A model generated the notes under the pieces. It was given only the letters and a program-made list of their open reading frames with translations, searched no databases and was not told where the DNA came from. Positions 8,547 through 20,825 of a stretch of 53,893 nucleotides of DNA are shown in pieces (the stretch's first letter is position 1; each line of letters starts with the position of its first letter). The position numbers were made by a program, and so were the translations under genes. The stretch comes from Candidatus Falkowbacteria bacterium. GTDB lineage: Bacteria; Patescibacteriota; Patescibacteriia; JACRDY01. Location of the stretch: the NCBI GenBank assembly GCA_016218485.1, contig JACRDY010000062.1:1-53893 (forward strand), read 5' to 3'.

Positions 8547-9638
8547 TCAATACTCTACCTCATACCCAATCGGCATAGCCGTAATCCAGGTGGTACCGCG
8601 GTTAAACCGTACGGCACTGCCGTCAGCATTGAGAAACAAAGTACGTTCACCCTTCACCGTTTTCTCCCACGTACCCTCCGTCACTCCCCCGTTCTGGAAC
8701 AGGAGTATTCTGCCGCTGCCAAAGGTATCTATATCCTGGCGGCCAATACGGTCTATCACATAGGTCGGAATGTATTGAAAAATAATATTCTTGGCGCTGA
8801 CCTGCTCGCCATTACTATCCAGATGCGCCTGCCCGCCCTGAAACCGATAGTACCGATTTTCCTGTTTATTATATTGCCACTCGGTAAAGTAATTATTATA
8901 CGGTGAGTAATTAAAGCTGAAATGAGTAGCGATGTCTTGGCGCGCTGAGAGCTCTGGATCATCCACAAACGTCCACGGCTGATACACGCCGGTGGTCTTG
9001 GCCTCAATCTTGGTTTGATATTTTTGAATACGCTCACTCGAGGTAAACAGATTGTGTGGCCGGTTCAGACTGCTGTCACGCCAGAAGAAGGCGCCGCGAG
9101 AAAACTCATTGACGTCATAGACACGATTGGTGGCAGCTAAATACGTCAGCGCCTGCGGACTGCCGCCGCTGTGCCAGTACATAGCGCGCAGTTCTTCGGC
9201 CCACTCTACGAAATAGGGTCTAGCGGAACGGATCGGACCAATCTCATCAATCGGCTCGTCAGTCGCGTAGACCGCCAACAGCCGCGGAATGCCGCCTTCA
9301 GTCACCGCCTCATAGACCAGCTGCGCCCGCGTCAAATTGTGGGGCGGGCGGGCCTCAAAATAATTCTCAATCATCACGCCAACAGGCAAGAGATTAGCGG
9401 CGGCCGCATCAGTCAAGCAGACGCCGTCCAGGGAACGGTAAGCCTGACACACTGCTGCTGCGGCCGGAAATACCGGCAGATCGGACTGTGGCACTGGTGT
9501 GACTTTAACCAACAAAAAGATGGCTGCCAGAGCGACAACCATCGAGAAAAAATAAATAATATACTGACCCGTACGTCGCGGAGCGACCCCGGCCGATTGT
9601 TTGGCGACCGATGATTTTTTGTTTTTACTTTTTGCCAT
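8547..9638 (-). CDS. DUF3048 (YerB-like) membrane-anchored protein
   Basis: VMIEN…ARP…VYEAVTEGGIPRLLA…IGPIRSARPYF…HSGGS…PHNLF. Confidence 0.85.
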   Translation of the reverse strand: MAKSKNKKSSVAKQSAGVAPRRTGQYIIYFFSMVVALAAIFLLVKVTPVPQSDLPVFPAAAAVCQAYRSLDGVCLTDAAAANLLPVGVMIENYFEARPPHNLTRAQLVYEAVTEGGIPRLLAVYATDEPIDEIGPIRSARPYFVEWAEELRAMYWHSGGSPQALTYLAATNRVYDVNEFSRGAFFWRDSSLNRPHNLFTSSERIQKYQTKIEAKTTGVYQPWTFVDDPELSARQDIATHFSFNYSPYNNYFTEWQYNKQENRYYRFQGGQAHLDSNGEQVSAKNIIFQYIPTYVIDRIGRQDIDTFGSGRILLFQNGGVTEGTWEKTVKGERTLFLNADGSAVRFNRGTTWITAMPIGYEVEY

Positions 9639-9649
9639 AATGAAAAAAC

Positions 9650-9712
9650 AAGATTTAAGATTAAAGATTAAAGAAAGCCGTCTTAAATCTTTAATCTTAA
9701 ATCTTAAATCTT
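9650..9712. repeat. Mirror-microsatellite element, unit AAGATT(T/A)
   Basis: aagatttaagattaaagattaaaga … tcttaaatctttaatcttaaatcttaaatctt. Confidence 0.88.
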
Positions 9713-9736
9713 ATTTCTTCATACTTATTACTAACC

Positions 9737-10414
9737 CTACTCTTTCTTAGCTTCCTTAACTTCGGGCACAGCCTCTTCAGCCCCGTCCTTACCTTCCTGA
9801 CCCACCACTTCGGGCAAAACACCTTCCACTGGCGCTTCAACGGTCACCACTTCCTCTTCTCGCGGCGCGGTCACCATGGCAACCATAGTATCGGCGCTCG
9901 CCAGCACTTCCACTTTGTCACCCACCGGCAGATCTCTGACCACGATCTTGTCGGAAAAATTCTTAAGACCGGACAGGTCCACGGTCAGCTCATGGGGCAG
10001 GTCAGCCGGGAAACATTTAATGTCAATCTCTGCCAAACCGGTAATCAACACACCGCCCTGCTCTTTGACCGCCGGCGCACTACCGACAAAACGCACGTGC
10101 ACCGTGGCGGTAATCTTCTCGTCCATCCGTACCTGATAAAAATCAATATGGATAATGTTGTGCTGCAGCGTGCCATACTGCACGTCATAAATCAAAGCTT
10201 TGACCGGGGCGGCTGCCCCGACCTGCAGATCAATCAACGTGCTCTCGCCGGCCGCGGCCAGAATTTTACCAAATTCAACATCCTGAACCATTAAATTGGC
10301 ATTGTCGGTCTTCTTACCATAGAGCACCGCCGGGATGAAACCGCTCTGCCGCAAGGTCGCGACCTGCTTACCAAGTTCTTCTCGTTTAACCGCTTTCAAG
10401 AGGAGTGAATCCAT
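9737..10414 (-). CDS. rplY: 50S ribosomal protein L25/CTC
   Basis: LRQSGFIPAVLYG…HIDFYQV…AVKEQGG. Confidence 0.93.
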   Translation of the reverse strand: MDSLLLKAVKREELGKQVATLRQSGFIPAVLYGKKTDNANLMVQDVEFGKILAAAGESTLIDLQVGAAAPVKALIYDVQYGTLQHNIIHIDFYQVRMDEKITATVHVRFVGSAPAVKEQGGVLITGLAEIDIKCFPADLPHELTVDLSGLKNFSDKIVVRDLPVGDKVEVLASADTMVAMVTAPREEEVVTVEAPVEGVLPEVVGQEGKDGAEEAVPEVKEAKKE

Positions 10415-10477
10415 AAGTTTTGGCTAAAATAAAAAAGATTTTTTAATAAATCTTGATACTCACAGTACTAAAATAAC

Positions 10478-10834
10478 TTAGCCTAACAATTCTACCACAG
10501 TATCGATTTTTTGCAAGTACTGGTAGCTCCAGAGCACATCGTCCTCGGCCACCTCACCGGCCGAACGGTAACGCAGCACTTCTTCGGGATTCAGGTCAGT
10601 CACCAGGCCGACCGAGCTGACGCCCATGTGATTATTGAAAATAAGGGCCAAAATGGAACTCTGACACTTACGGCAGCGGATGTAAATCAAACTCGCGCCC
10701 TCCTGTTCTTCCAGAATGCGTGCCTCAAGCAAGTTGTAATGACTGTCACAGAGCGGACAGTACGATACCAGCTTAAGGTTCTCATCAAAAAAAGGATGGT
10801 ATCGTCGGGAAGAATTGTTCGGCAGTATTGGCAT
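10478..10834 (-). CDS. Hypothetical protein with a Zn-ribbon (CPLC…CRKC)
   Basis: Two CxxC pairs; extended -10 immediately upstream. Confidence 0.7.
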   Translation of the reverse strand: MPILPNNSSRRYHPFFDENLKLVSYCPLCDSHYNLLEARILEEQEGASLIYIRCRKCQSSILALIFNNHMGVSSVGLVTDLNPEEVLRYRSAGEVAEDDVLWSYQYLQKIDTVVELLG

Positions 10835-10873
10835 AGATTCACTATATCATCTCTGCAACCATTAGTCAAAAAA

Positions 10874-11965
10874 TTATCCTCTAGTTCTGACGCTATGCGC
10901 CAAGCCGAGCGCAAACAACATAAACAGGAGTGAGCTGCCGCCGTAGCTGACCAGCGGCAAGGTGATACCGGTGACGGGCGCCATACCCAAATTCATCCCG
11001 ATGTTCATGAGGAGCTGCGAGAGTAAGAGTACCATCACCCCGAGAATAAGAAAAAGGGGGAAATCATCACGGCAACGGCGAGCGATTTTGTACAAACGGT
11101 ACATCATGACCGTGAACAACCCCAGTAGCAAAAGCACGCCCAAGAGGCCAAACTCTTCGGCGATCACCGCAAAAACAAAGTCAGTCTGCGCTTCAGGTAA
11201 AAATTTGAGCTGTGACTGCGAGCCAAAGGACAAACCGCGCCCCACCAGACCACCCGAACCGATAGCAATAACGGACTGGGTCACATTGTAGCCTGACCCG
11301 AGCGGATCGGCCTGCGGATTGATAAATGTCCGGAGGCGGTCTTGCTGATATGGCGCGAACACAAAATTCCACAGCACGACAAACGCCACCACCCCCACCG
11401 CCGCGAAGCTCAAGAGCTGACGCGGACGCGGACCGATGATCAGGAGCAGCCCCAGCCAAATAAAAAATAGCATCAGGCCAGAACCGAAATCGGGCTGGAG
11501 AATGACGAGGGCAAACAAGACAAAAACAAGAAGTCCGCTGACGAGAAAATACCGCATCTGGTTGAAGGGGCGAGTTCGCCGGGAAAAATAGTACGCCAGC
11601 ATGATAATCACCGCTATTTTCACGAATTCCACCGGTTGGAAATTGAAACCCGCCAGACTGAACCAACCGCGCGTACCGCGAATAGTCACCCCGAAAATAA
11701 GCACCGCGCTCAACAGCGCCACGGACAAGCCATAGAACCAGTAGACCAAACGGTACAGGAGGGTGTAATCCAGGAGGGAAAACAGGAAAAACAGGACAAA
11801 CCCCAGCACGGCAGCGATGCCCTGCTTCTGCAAATTACTCCAATCCGGAACCTCGCGCGACAACGTCACTCCGTAGACCACGGCTAGACCGAAAGACACT
11901 AATAAAAAGGCGCTCCCCATCAGCACCCAATCAAAATTCTTTAATCGCGCCAACAGTCCATGCAT
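10874..11965 (-). CDS. rodA: SEDS family peptidoglycan glycosyltransferase RodA
   Basis: QPVEFVK, LQPDFG, DPLGSGYNVTQSVIAIGSGG, LPEAQTDFVF, PLVSYGGSS; the second SEDS gene in the mur cluster is ftsW. Confidence 0.88.
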   Translation of the reverse strand: MHGLLARLKNFDWVLMGSAFLLVSFGLAVVYGVTLSREVPDWSNLQKQGIAAVLGFVLFFLFSLLDYTLLYRLVYWFYGLSVALLSAVLIFGVTIRGTRGWFSLAGFNFQPVEFVKIAVIIMLAYYFSRRTRPFNQMRYFLVSGLLVFVLFALVILQPDFGSGLMLFFIWLGLLLIIGPRPRQLLSFAAVGVVAFVVLWNFVFAPYQQDRLRTFINPQADPLGSGYNVTQSVIAIGSGGLVGRGLSFGSQSQLKFLPEAQTDFVFAVIAEEFGLLGVLLLLGLFTVMMYRLYKIARRCRDDFPLFLILGVMVLLLSQLLMNIGMNLGMAPVTGITLPLVSYGGSSLLFMLFALGLAHSVRTRG

Positions 11966-12000
11966 AGAAAGACAATTTGCTCAAAAAAGCATCGGGTCAA

Positions 12001-12123
12001 TAATGAAGAAGTAAGATTAGGATTAAAGATTTAGGATTTAAGAATTAAGATTTAAGTGAAAACAGAGAAAAGGAAGCATTCTTAAATCTTACTTCTTAAA
12101 TCTTTAATCTTACTTCTTCATTA
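12001..12123. repeat. Mirror-microsatellite element, unit AAGATT(T/A)/AGGATTT
   Basis: Perfect 19-bp outer IR TAATGAAGAAGTAAGATTA (12001-12019 / 12105-12123). Confidence 0.88.
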
Positions 12124-12149
12124 TGGCAAAAGAGTAAAACAAAAAAGTC

Positions 12150-13043
12150 TCACTTCAGCTCGCCGGAGCCGGCCTCAATCGGACGAAAAATACCAGGATT
12201 AAACAGGTTAATATCCGGAACCACTTCCACCCGATCGGGTGTTGACACATGCTGGTACCAGCTGACATCCATATTGACTGCCGCGCCAGAATCAAGGTAC
12301 TGCTGGACCAGATAGTTGATGCCGACTAAACCCGGCCCGCGGTACAAGAGAATGTAAAAGCCGCCTTCCCAGTAATTATAGGGGCTGTTGTTCTTGACCG
12401 TAAAACGAGTTTTGCTCACCGGCAGATTCTGCGATTTCAATTCACCGGCAGACACAAACTTGACGTCACTGATGGCGAAATCAAGAGCGGAAGCTTGGTA
12501 AGCGGCAAAGTCAGCAGCCACGCGACGCCAGGTCAGATCCTCAATCACCAGCCGCACGTCACCCACCCGGGAGAGCGATTCCACACCCAGGTCAATCAGG
12601 TATTTATGCTGACCGGGCAAAACAAAGGTTTCCTTGACCTGACGCTCTGCCTGTCCGCTAAAAGTAAAAACGTACCGCAGTGAACTAATCGCCCACTCCG
12701 TATTGGGATTGCTCATCTCGGCGGCAAAATCATAGCGGTTGTTGCCCAGCGGCAACACCTGCACGCCGGAGATCTCGACTGCGCGCGGCGCGTGCTTCTG
12801 CCGGAAGTAGCCGTAATTAATCAGTGGCGTGGCCAACTCTTGCTGCTGCTGCTGATACGGCGCCCAATCAATTAACCAATACCGAACGAGCCCCCAGAGT
12901 GTTAGGCCCCAGAGCGCCAAACAAATAACCACCAGCGCCACCACGACCACACGGTGTAAGAGCGCGCGGTGGGTCACCCACCAGTAGGCTTCGTGCAGCT
13001 CAATGCCGGTAAACCCGCTGATTTCTTGATTGGGATTATCCAT
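12150..13043 (-). CDS. Hypothetical membrane-anchored protein
   Basis: Single N-terminal TM followed by beta-rich domains. Confidence 0.75.
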   Translation of the reverse strand: MDNPNQEISGFTGIELHEAYWWVTHRALLHRVVVVALVVICLALWGLTLWGLVRYWLIDWAPYQQQQQELATPLINYGYFRQKHAPRAVEISGVQVLPLGNNRYDFAAEMSNPNTEWAISSLRYVFTFSGQAERQVKETFVLPGQHKYLIDLGVESLSRVGDVRLVIEDLTWRRVAADFAAYQASALDFAISDVKFVSAGELKSQNLPVSKTRFTVKNNSPYNYWEGGFYILLYRGPGLVGINYLVQQYLDSGAAVNMDVSWYQHVSTPDRVEVVPDINLFNPGIFRPIEAGSGELK

Positions 13044-13049
13044 AAAACG

Positions 13050-13124
13050 TGTAACATGTAGCGTGTAGCTTGTAGCTTGTAACTCACAACTATTTAAGCT
13101 ACATGTTACACGCTACATGTTACA
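13050..13124. repeat. Mirror-microsatellite element, unit TGTA(G/A)CN
   Basis: Perfect 18-bp IR TGTAACATGTAGCGTGTA / TACACGCTACATGTTACA. Confidence 0.88.
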
Positions 13125-13293
13125 AAATTATACCACAAAATGATTAAAACTTTAAATTTAAACAATTTCTGCTTGGGAGAAAAAAGGCCTTGTCCACAAG
13201 ATAAATAATGGCTAAAATTGAATAATAAAATTGACCATAAAAAGTGGAAAAAAATTAACAAATATGCTAAAATAGAAACAGTTTTTTAGCCAG

Positions 13294-13323
13294 GTTAACC
13301 GGGGTTTTAAAACCCCGGTTAAC
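13294..13323. repeat. 30-bp perfect palindrome with core GGGTTTTAAAACCC (REP-like)
   Basis: GTTAACCGGGGTTTTAAAACCCCGGTTAAC; relatives at 19175 and 23493. Confidence 0.85.
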
Positions 13324-13368
13324 AAAAAAGGTCTCAAAACCTGGATTTTAAAATCACGGTTATAATAA

Positions 13369-15495
<2,127 letters not shown>

Positions 15496-15542
15496 TCTAC
15501 CGTTCCCCTCCTTAGGGAGAGAGACTATTCAGCCTCTTTTGG

Positions 15543-15570
15543 GTAGAGACGCAGCATGCTGCGTCTCTAC
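15543..15570. repeat. GTAG-family REP-like 28-bp perfect palindrome
   Basis: GTAGAGACGCAGCATGCTGCGTCTCTAC. Confidence 0.8.
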
Positions 15571-15719
15571 AGATTCACCCCCACCCAACACCTCGGCAAC
15601 CCCACCTTGAAGTACACCCCCAGCGGAGTGAGCAGCCGTACCGTAGCTATGGCCTCCTCAATCGTAGCGAAGTCCAGGGCCACGAACAGACGTTGTGCCG
15701 GTGTCAATGACTGTCGCAT
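15567..15719 (-). pseudogene. pyrF: Truncated OMP decarboxylase (N-terminal ~41 aa)
   Basis: MRQSLTPAQRLFVALDF…GVYFKVGL directly after pyrE, then stops at the REP palindrome. Confidence 0.75.
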
Positions 15720-15724
15720 CTTTG

Positions 15725-16363
15725 TCAGCCCTCCTGTGGGTAGTCGGCGGTCAGGGCCGCCCAGTTGGCCTTGGGTCGCACCGCTTCCGAGCCCTGCGCG
15801 CAGAGCGGACAGGTACCCCACTGTTGCACCTTCCACTCGTTGAGCGGATGATGGACGAGCGAGATGATCGGCCGGCCATCCAGCGCGGTCATCCTTGACC
15901 GATTGAACACGACCAGCACCAGACGCAGTACCGCGCCACCGGCAGCCTGCACCGCCTCAATGATGGAGCGAGTAGTCGCGCCGCTCGTCATCACATCTTC
16001 CACCACGAGCACGCACTGACCTCTCACGTCAAAACGTTTGAGTAGCATACTGCCGTCGGACTGCGGCTCGGTCCAGCCGATCTTGCAGCCCATCATCCGG
16101 CCGAGCTCAACGGCCAGCGGCGTAGCGCCATGAGCCGACCCAATGACCCGATCGGGCAGGACCGTGCCCTCCTCCCGGCAGTACGCGGCGAAGAAAGCGG
16201 TCACGACATGACACAACATTGTGGGATCCTCAACGATCCGGGATCCGTTGAAAAACCCGTCGCTGTGCCCGCCGGCGGTCAAGAGCGCGTGCGGCCGCTT
16301 AGGTTCGCCGTCATGCACCCACAAGGCTCCGAGCTGCTTGAACCGATTCATCCAATCGTCCAT
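15725..16363 (-). CDS. pyrE: Orotate phosphoribosyltransferase
   Basis: HALLTAGGHSDGFFN, PRPP motif VLVVEDVMTSGAT; adjacent to the pyrF fragment. Confidence 0.82.
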   Translation of the reverse strand: MDDWMNRFKQLGALWVHDGEPKRPHALLTAGGHSDGFFNGSRIVEDPTMLCHVVTAFFAAYCREEGTVLPDRVIGSAHGATPLAVELGRMMGCKIGWTEPQSDGSMLLKRFDVRGQCVLVVEDVMTSGATTRSIIEAVQAAGGAVLRLVLVVFNRSRMTALDGRPIISLVHHPLNEWKVQQWGTCPLCAQGSEAVRPKANWAALTADYPQEG

Positions 16364-16496
16364 TTCTAACCTCTCTTTCCCTATATTTCCGTTGAAATAA
16401 AAAGAGCAATCCCCCCATAGGACAGCCCCTCTTCTGACCTGTCGTCACTATAGTGCCAACCGGCAAAAAAAGCAAACAAACTCATTCCTCCAAATC

Positions 16497-16647
16497 AAGA
16501 CTACGAATATACTGGGACTACGAATTTACGAATAGTTACGAATATACGAATCAGGAAATTAAGGGTTAGGGCCTAACCACAGCTTACCAGTGAGGATATT
16601 CGTATATTAGTAACTATTCGTACATTCGTAGTTGTATTCGTAGTCTT
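16497..16647. repeat. Mirror-microsatellite element, unit TACGAAT(A/T)
   Basis: aagactacgaata … tattcgtagtctt; central hairpin GGTTAGGGCCTAACC. Confidence 0.85.
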
Positions 16648-16651
16648 AATC

Positions 16652-18016
16652 TTACACCTCATACCCCCTCCCCTCCCTCGGCACAATGGCGTTGAGCTTT
16701 AATTTCTGCGCTAAACCGTCGGCGATGCGCTGACTGGCCTGTTCTTCACCATGCACCACAAAGACGTGCCCTGGCCGCGGCCGCTTCATGGGCAGGACCC
16801 AACGCAGGAGCTTAGGTTGGTCGGCGTGCGCCGAGTAGGCGCCGATGGCGGAGACTTTGGCACGCACCCGCACCCGCTCACCGGCAACGAACACGCTCTT
16901 GGCGCCTTCCAGGAGCTGCCGGCCCAGGCCGCCTTTGGGCTGCCAGGAAATGATTAAAAGATGACTTTTAGGATCGGGCAGATTAAATTTGAGGTGGTAG
17001 CCGATGCGCCCGCCGGCGAGCATACCGCTGCCCGCCAGGATGACTTTGGGTGCCGGCGTAGTATTAATCTTCTTGGACTGGGCTGGAGTGGCGGTATACC
17101 GCAACCCCGGAAAATTAAACAGGTCATCGCCGGCATTCATCAGCGCGCGCGACTCGGCGTCATACATGCTGGTGTATTTTTTGTACACTTCAGTCGCCTT
17201 GATCGCCAAGGGACTATCCACAAAAATCGGTATCGGCGGAATTTTCTTGTTTTCCACCAAACTATTGAGTTCATACAAAATCTCTTGGGTGCGTTCCAAA
17301 GCAAAGGCCGGGATCATCAGGGTACCGCCCTGACCAACCGATTCAATAATTGCCTGGGTTAAAAGTTTCAATCGCAGAGCCGCTGACTCGTGCTGGCGTC
17401 CGCCATAGGTGGACTCCATCACCAGGACATCAGCCCCATCAACGAACTCGGTGTCTTCAATGATTGGCGCCGGCGGGTTTCCCAGGTCGCCGGAAAAAAC
17501 TAGCTTCCGCTCTCGCCCCGCTGCCTTAACCCAGATCTCAAAAAAGGCTGAACCAAGAATATGCCCGGCATCGCGCAGCTTAATCTTGACGTCCGGCGCC
17601 ACCCGTTTTTCTCGCCGATACGGCAGCGCAATACACTGGCTGATCGCCTGATTAACGTCTTTGTCTAAGTACAAGGGTAACCGATCTTCTGCCAGGGCTT
17701 CATTAAAAATAACCCGCGCCGAGTCCAAAAGCATCACCCGGGCAAAGTCGCGGGTCGGGGCCGTACAGTAAACAGGGCCGCGGAAACCCTCTTTACACAG
17801 CTTGGGTAGCCGGCCACAGTGGTCCGTATGCGCGTGCGTCAGCAGTACAAAATCAAGACTCTTGGGGTCAAAGCCAAACTGCCCAATATTACGCTCTTCC
17901 GAAAACTTGGTGCCCTGGAACATCCCGCAGTCAACCAAAAACCGGCTCTGCTCGGTCTGGACCAGAAAACAAGAGCCGGTGACGGTCCGACAGGCGCCAT
18001 GGAAGGATATCTTCAT
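16652..18016 (-). CDS. MBL-fold beta-CASP ribonuclease (YSH1-like)
   Basis: GACRTVTGSC, THAHTDHCGRLP, AGHILGS, FSGDLG, MESTYG, SAHAD, VVHGE. Confidence 0.92.
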   Translation of the reverse strand: MKISFHGACRTVTGSCFLVQTEQSRFLVDCGMFQGTKFSEERNIGQFGFDPKSLDFVLLTHAHTDHCGRLPKLCKEGFRGPVYCTAPTRDFARVMLLDSARVIFNEALAEDRLPLYLDKDVNQAISQCIALPYRREKRVAPDVKIKLRDAGHILGSAFFEIWVKAAGRERKLVFSGDLGNPPAPIIEDTEFVDGADVLVMESTYGGRQHESAALRLKLLTQAIIESVGQGGTLMIPAFALERTQEILYELNSLVENKKIPPIPIFVDSPLAIKATEVYKKYTSMYDAESRALMNAGDDLFNFPGLRYTATPAQSKKINTTPAPKVILAGSGMLAGGRIGYHLKFNLPDPKSHLLIISWQPKGGLGRQLLEGAKSVFVAGERVRVRAKVSAIGAYSAHADQPKLLRWVLPMKRPRPGHVFVVHGEEQASQRIADGLAQKLKLNAIVPREGRGYEV

Positions 18017-18018
18017 AG

Positions 18019-18285
18019 TTACTTATGGAATAAATGCTTGAATCGCTCCCACAGGCTTGGCTGACCGGCCAGCTGCAACAGTTTAAACACGGCCGCGCCG
18101 GTAAAAAAACTCTGGAGCGCCATAAAAATAACATCGCCGAGGTAAATACTGTAAGTCAGGAGCAGTGCCCCGCCAACAATAAACAGCAGATGCTGACGTT
18201 GTTCCTGTTTGGCCAGCACCCCAAAAATGATGCTGATGAGACCAAGTACGCCGATGGCTCTGAATATGATGTCCATAGAAATCAC
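18019..18285 (-). CDS. Small membrane protein (3 TM)
   Basis: Hydrophobic ORF ending 2 nt before the start of the MBL gene. Confidence 0.7.
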   Translation of the reverse strand: MISMDIIFRAIGVLGLISIIFGVLAKQEQRQHLLFIVGGALLLTYSIYLGDVIFMALQSFFTGAAVFKLLQLAGQPSLWERFKHLFHK

Positions 18286-18385
18286 TTAATAATCTTAAAG
18301 CTATTATATCAAACTCTTAGTCAAGACACTATTCCCCACGGTAGTGGGCGGGCGGAAGCAACAACAGAAGCAGGTAGTAACAATT

Positions 18386-18505
18386 AAATCATAAATCCAA
18401 AATTTTAAATCCTAAATCATAAATTCCAAATCCAAAACCGTGAGTTTATTTAAGATTTAAGACATTAGAATTTATTTAGGACTTAGGATTTTGGATTTGG
18501 AATTT
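18386..18505. repeat. Mirror-microsatellite element, unit AAAT(C/T)(C/A)T; homologous to 52266-52389
   Basis: 33-nt exact match 18449-18481 to the reverse complement of 52290-52322. Confidence 0.88.
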
Positions 18506-18641
18506 TATGTTTGTAGAGACAGTTCACGACCCATCCCTGCTTGCCCTAATCAATACCTCATGGTAGAGTCTACTATTGGTATAGAGACAAACCACACACG
18601 GGCGGCCTGCCATAGCCGCTCTCACACCAAGGGGGATAATC

Positions 18642-19043
18642 ATGGCCACCGCGCGCACCTGCACCACTCCGGAACAAGGCTGGGCGCTCTACAGTCATTT
18701 CCTCGGTAACTGCCTGGCGGTCTTCCAAATGCAGCAACCGAGTGGAGACGAGGAAAATGAAGAGAGAAGGGACAGGCGAGAGCACACTATCTCCAGCACC
18801 TGGGCATACCTGACTGGCAATCTCTACATGGTCATGCGGCGGATGCAACTCCACGGTCACGAAGACACCGCGGCCAAGATGCAGCAGATCATTGATATGG
18901 TGGTCGAGCAGGATCTCACCGACCCGGCAGTGTGTGGGGCGATTGAGGCCAAACACCGGGAACTTGACCCTGGTGAACAAGCTTTCAGCGATATCCTCGC
19001 CAGACTCGAAGCCGAACGCGCCGCCAAACCCGATGTGCCGTGA
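18642..19043 (+). CDS. Hypothetical protein
   Basis: 133-aa ORF with AAGGGGG upstream and terminator-like hairpins downstream. Confidence 0.6.
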   Translation: MATARTCTTPEQGWALYSHFLGNCLAVFQMQQPSGDEENEERRDRREHTISSTWAYLTGNLYMVMRRMQLHGHEDTAAKMQQIIDMVVEQDLTDPAVCGAIEAKHRELDPGEQAFSDILARLEAERAAKPDVP

Positions 19044-19123
19044 CATCACGCGAACCGCCCGAACGAAACCGCAAAGTCGCCCTTGGACTGGTTTCGTCGG
19101 GCGGCTTTCATTTTCTGGATTCA

Positions 19124-19159
19124 AAAAACCCCGTCCCCGCAACGCGGGACGAGGTTTTT
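19124..19159. terminator. Intrinsic terminator-like hairpin between convergent genes
   Basis: AAAAAACCCCGTCCCCGC-AAC-GCGGGACGAGGTTTTT. Confidence 0.6.
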
Positions 19160-19174
19160 CGTAATTACTAGGTT

Positions 19175-19198
19175 AGTTTGGGTTTTAAAACCCAAACT
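19175..19198. repeat. 24-bp perfect palindrome with core GGGTTTTAAAACCC
   Basis: AGTTTGGGTTTTAAAACCCAAACT. Confidence 0.75.
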
Positions 19199-19215
19199 CG
19201 TGAACCACCTATGGG

Positions 19216-19704
19216 TTACCGTTTATGATTAAAGAGATACTTGATGAACGCGGCAATGCCCAGTCCCAAGAACACTACCACGAGGAGCGACACGAGCCAG
19301 CCCCACACCATCATGGTGCCGCCCCAGCCGCCATGCATGGCATAGCCAAGGCGAGATAGGCCAGACCCACCACCCCAGTTCATCATACCACCACCCATCA
19401 TCCCCCAGCCGGTATTCTGCCCGCAGTACAACTGCTTGGCCATGACGAGATGGGTGAGCGCCACATTGTCAGAATCATCACCGCCCATCATCTGCTCCAT
19501 CCACTGGTGCTGACTACCGGGATGAATCTGCTCCATGTAATAGTCCCCAATGGTTTCCAGTTGTTCATTAGACAGCTGGCTGCAGGGCGTCTTGGCATCC
19601 ACCAAGGCTTTGGCTGACGCGAAGTCTTCTCCACTGTCAGCCAGAGCGACCACTGGAGACAACACTAAAATGAACGCTAGTAAACCTAGAATTAGTTTAA
19701 GCAT
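19216..19704 (-). CDS. Secreted/membrane protein with a Met/Gly/His-rich segment
   Basis: Signal peptide, DYYMEQIHPGSQHQWMEQMMGG, GMMGGGMM, C-terminal TM. Confidence 0.75.
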   Translation of the reverse strand: MLKLILGLLAFILVLSPVVALADSGEDFASAKALVDAKTPCSQLSNEQLETIGDYYMEQIHPGSQHQWMEQMMGGDDSDNVALTHLVMAKQLYCGQNTGWGMMGGGMMNWGGGSGLSRLGYAMHGGWGGTMMVWGWLVSLLVVVFLGLGIAAFIKYLFNHKR

Positions 19705-19829
19705 AGCGTGATTAGTTAAGAGTTAATAAATCCAGCATCTTCCTGTCGGGGTATTGCACCCCACGGGAAGATGTATAGTAAGCTATCCATCCCCGCAGCA
19801 AGTTATAGGGTATTCTGCAAGGTGCTGGA

Positions 19830-20801
19830 TTAAATACCACAACCGCCACCGCCGCTGCCCCCAGATACCGGCGTAGTCACCTTAGACATAATAGCACGGA
19901 AACCCGGACCGCTGGAATACGCGGCGCTCAACAAATCTTTGGGATTGGCTTGCGACCAGCTGCTGCCCTGCGTATCCAAAAACTTAGCAATGGTCAGATA
20001 GGTATCAGGGAACCAGTAGGTGTTGACCGCTAACGCCACCTTATACATATCCGCTTCACTCACCCCCTGGGAAGCCATGAGCTCCAAGAGTCCCAGCATG
20101 GCCATCCCGTGATTGCAATCCGGAAAATAAGTGGAATTGCCGCAGCAAGGACGATAGATATTCTTGGACACGTCGGCAACGAGCTTTTGTTGCTCCGGGG
20201 TGAGACTAAAGAGCCTGTGCTTGCTGTAGTGCTCCATCACCGGACCGCTGGCCAGTGTCCAGCCGCCGGTAGAGGCAAACCCCCCGGCGCCACCATACTT
20301 CTTATCCTGCATCGGCCCAGCATCAAGTATATCATTCTGCTGACCCAAGCCTAAAGCCCACAGTAGATTCAGGATAAAAGCAGAGTTAGCCCGAGTCATC
20401 ACCAGATGGCCATTATCCGTTCCTGCCAGGAGCGCTGTTTCAGCCGGACTAAGTCCCCCACGATCCTGGTACAGGGCCAAAAACTTCGCCTGATCAATCA
20501 CGCCTGCGTCCACCAGCTGTTTCCCTAAGTCGCCCCAGGTCACCGGCAGGGTCGTACTGTCTGCCGGAAAGACGACACGCGAATAATCGGTCTCGGGCGC
20601 CGAAGCCTTGACCGCTGCGGCAGGCTGGGATCCAACGTTAGCGCCTGGATTACTGACCCGGGTAACAGAAATCCGAAAGCTGGAAAATATCCAGAAAAAC
20701 ACACCAATCGCCATCACCAGTACGAGGGCGATAGCCACACCACGCCACAGCTCCATTGAATTCAGATAGTCTTGCGGCGACTTCTTCTGTTCTTGATCCA
20801 T
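19830..20801 (-). CDS. Membrane-anchored protein with a PCCGNS…DCNHG motif and C-terminal GGCGI
   Basis: Clustered Cys/His residues suggest metal binding. Confidence 0.78.
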   Translation of the reverse strand: MDQEQKKSPQDYLNSMELWRGVAIALVLVMAIGVFFWIFSSFRISVTRVSNPGANVGSQPAAAVKASAPETDYSRVVFPADSTTLPVTWGDLGKQLVDAGVIDQAKFLALYQDRGGLSPAETALLAGTDNGHLVMTRANSAFILNLLWALGLGQQNDILDAGPMQDKKYGGAGGFASTGGWTLASGPVMEHYSKHRLFSLTPEQQKLVADVSKNIYRPCCGNSTYFPDCNHGMAMLGLLELMASQGVSEADMYKVALAVNTYWFPDTYLTIAKFLDTQGSSWSQANPKDLLSAAYSSGPGFRAIMSKVTTPVSGGSGGGGCGI

Positions 20802-20825
20802 AGTATTGAATGAGATGAATTAATT

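Noticed and set aside
7907..13198. DnaA-box-like 9-mers (TGTGGATAA at 7907, TTGTCCACA at 13190) suggesting oriC
   Set aside because: Isolated boxes with no cluster, and no dnaA/dnaN nearby
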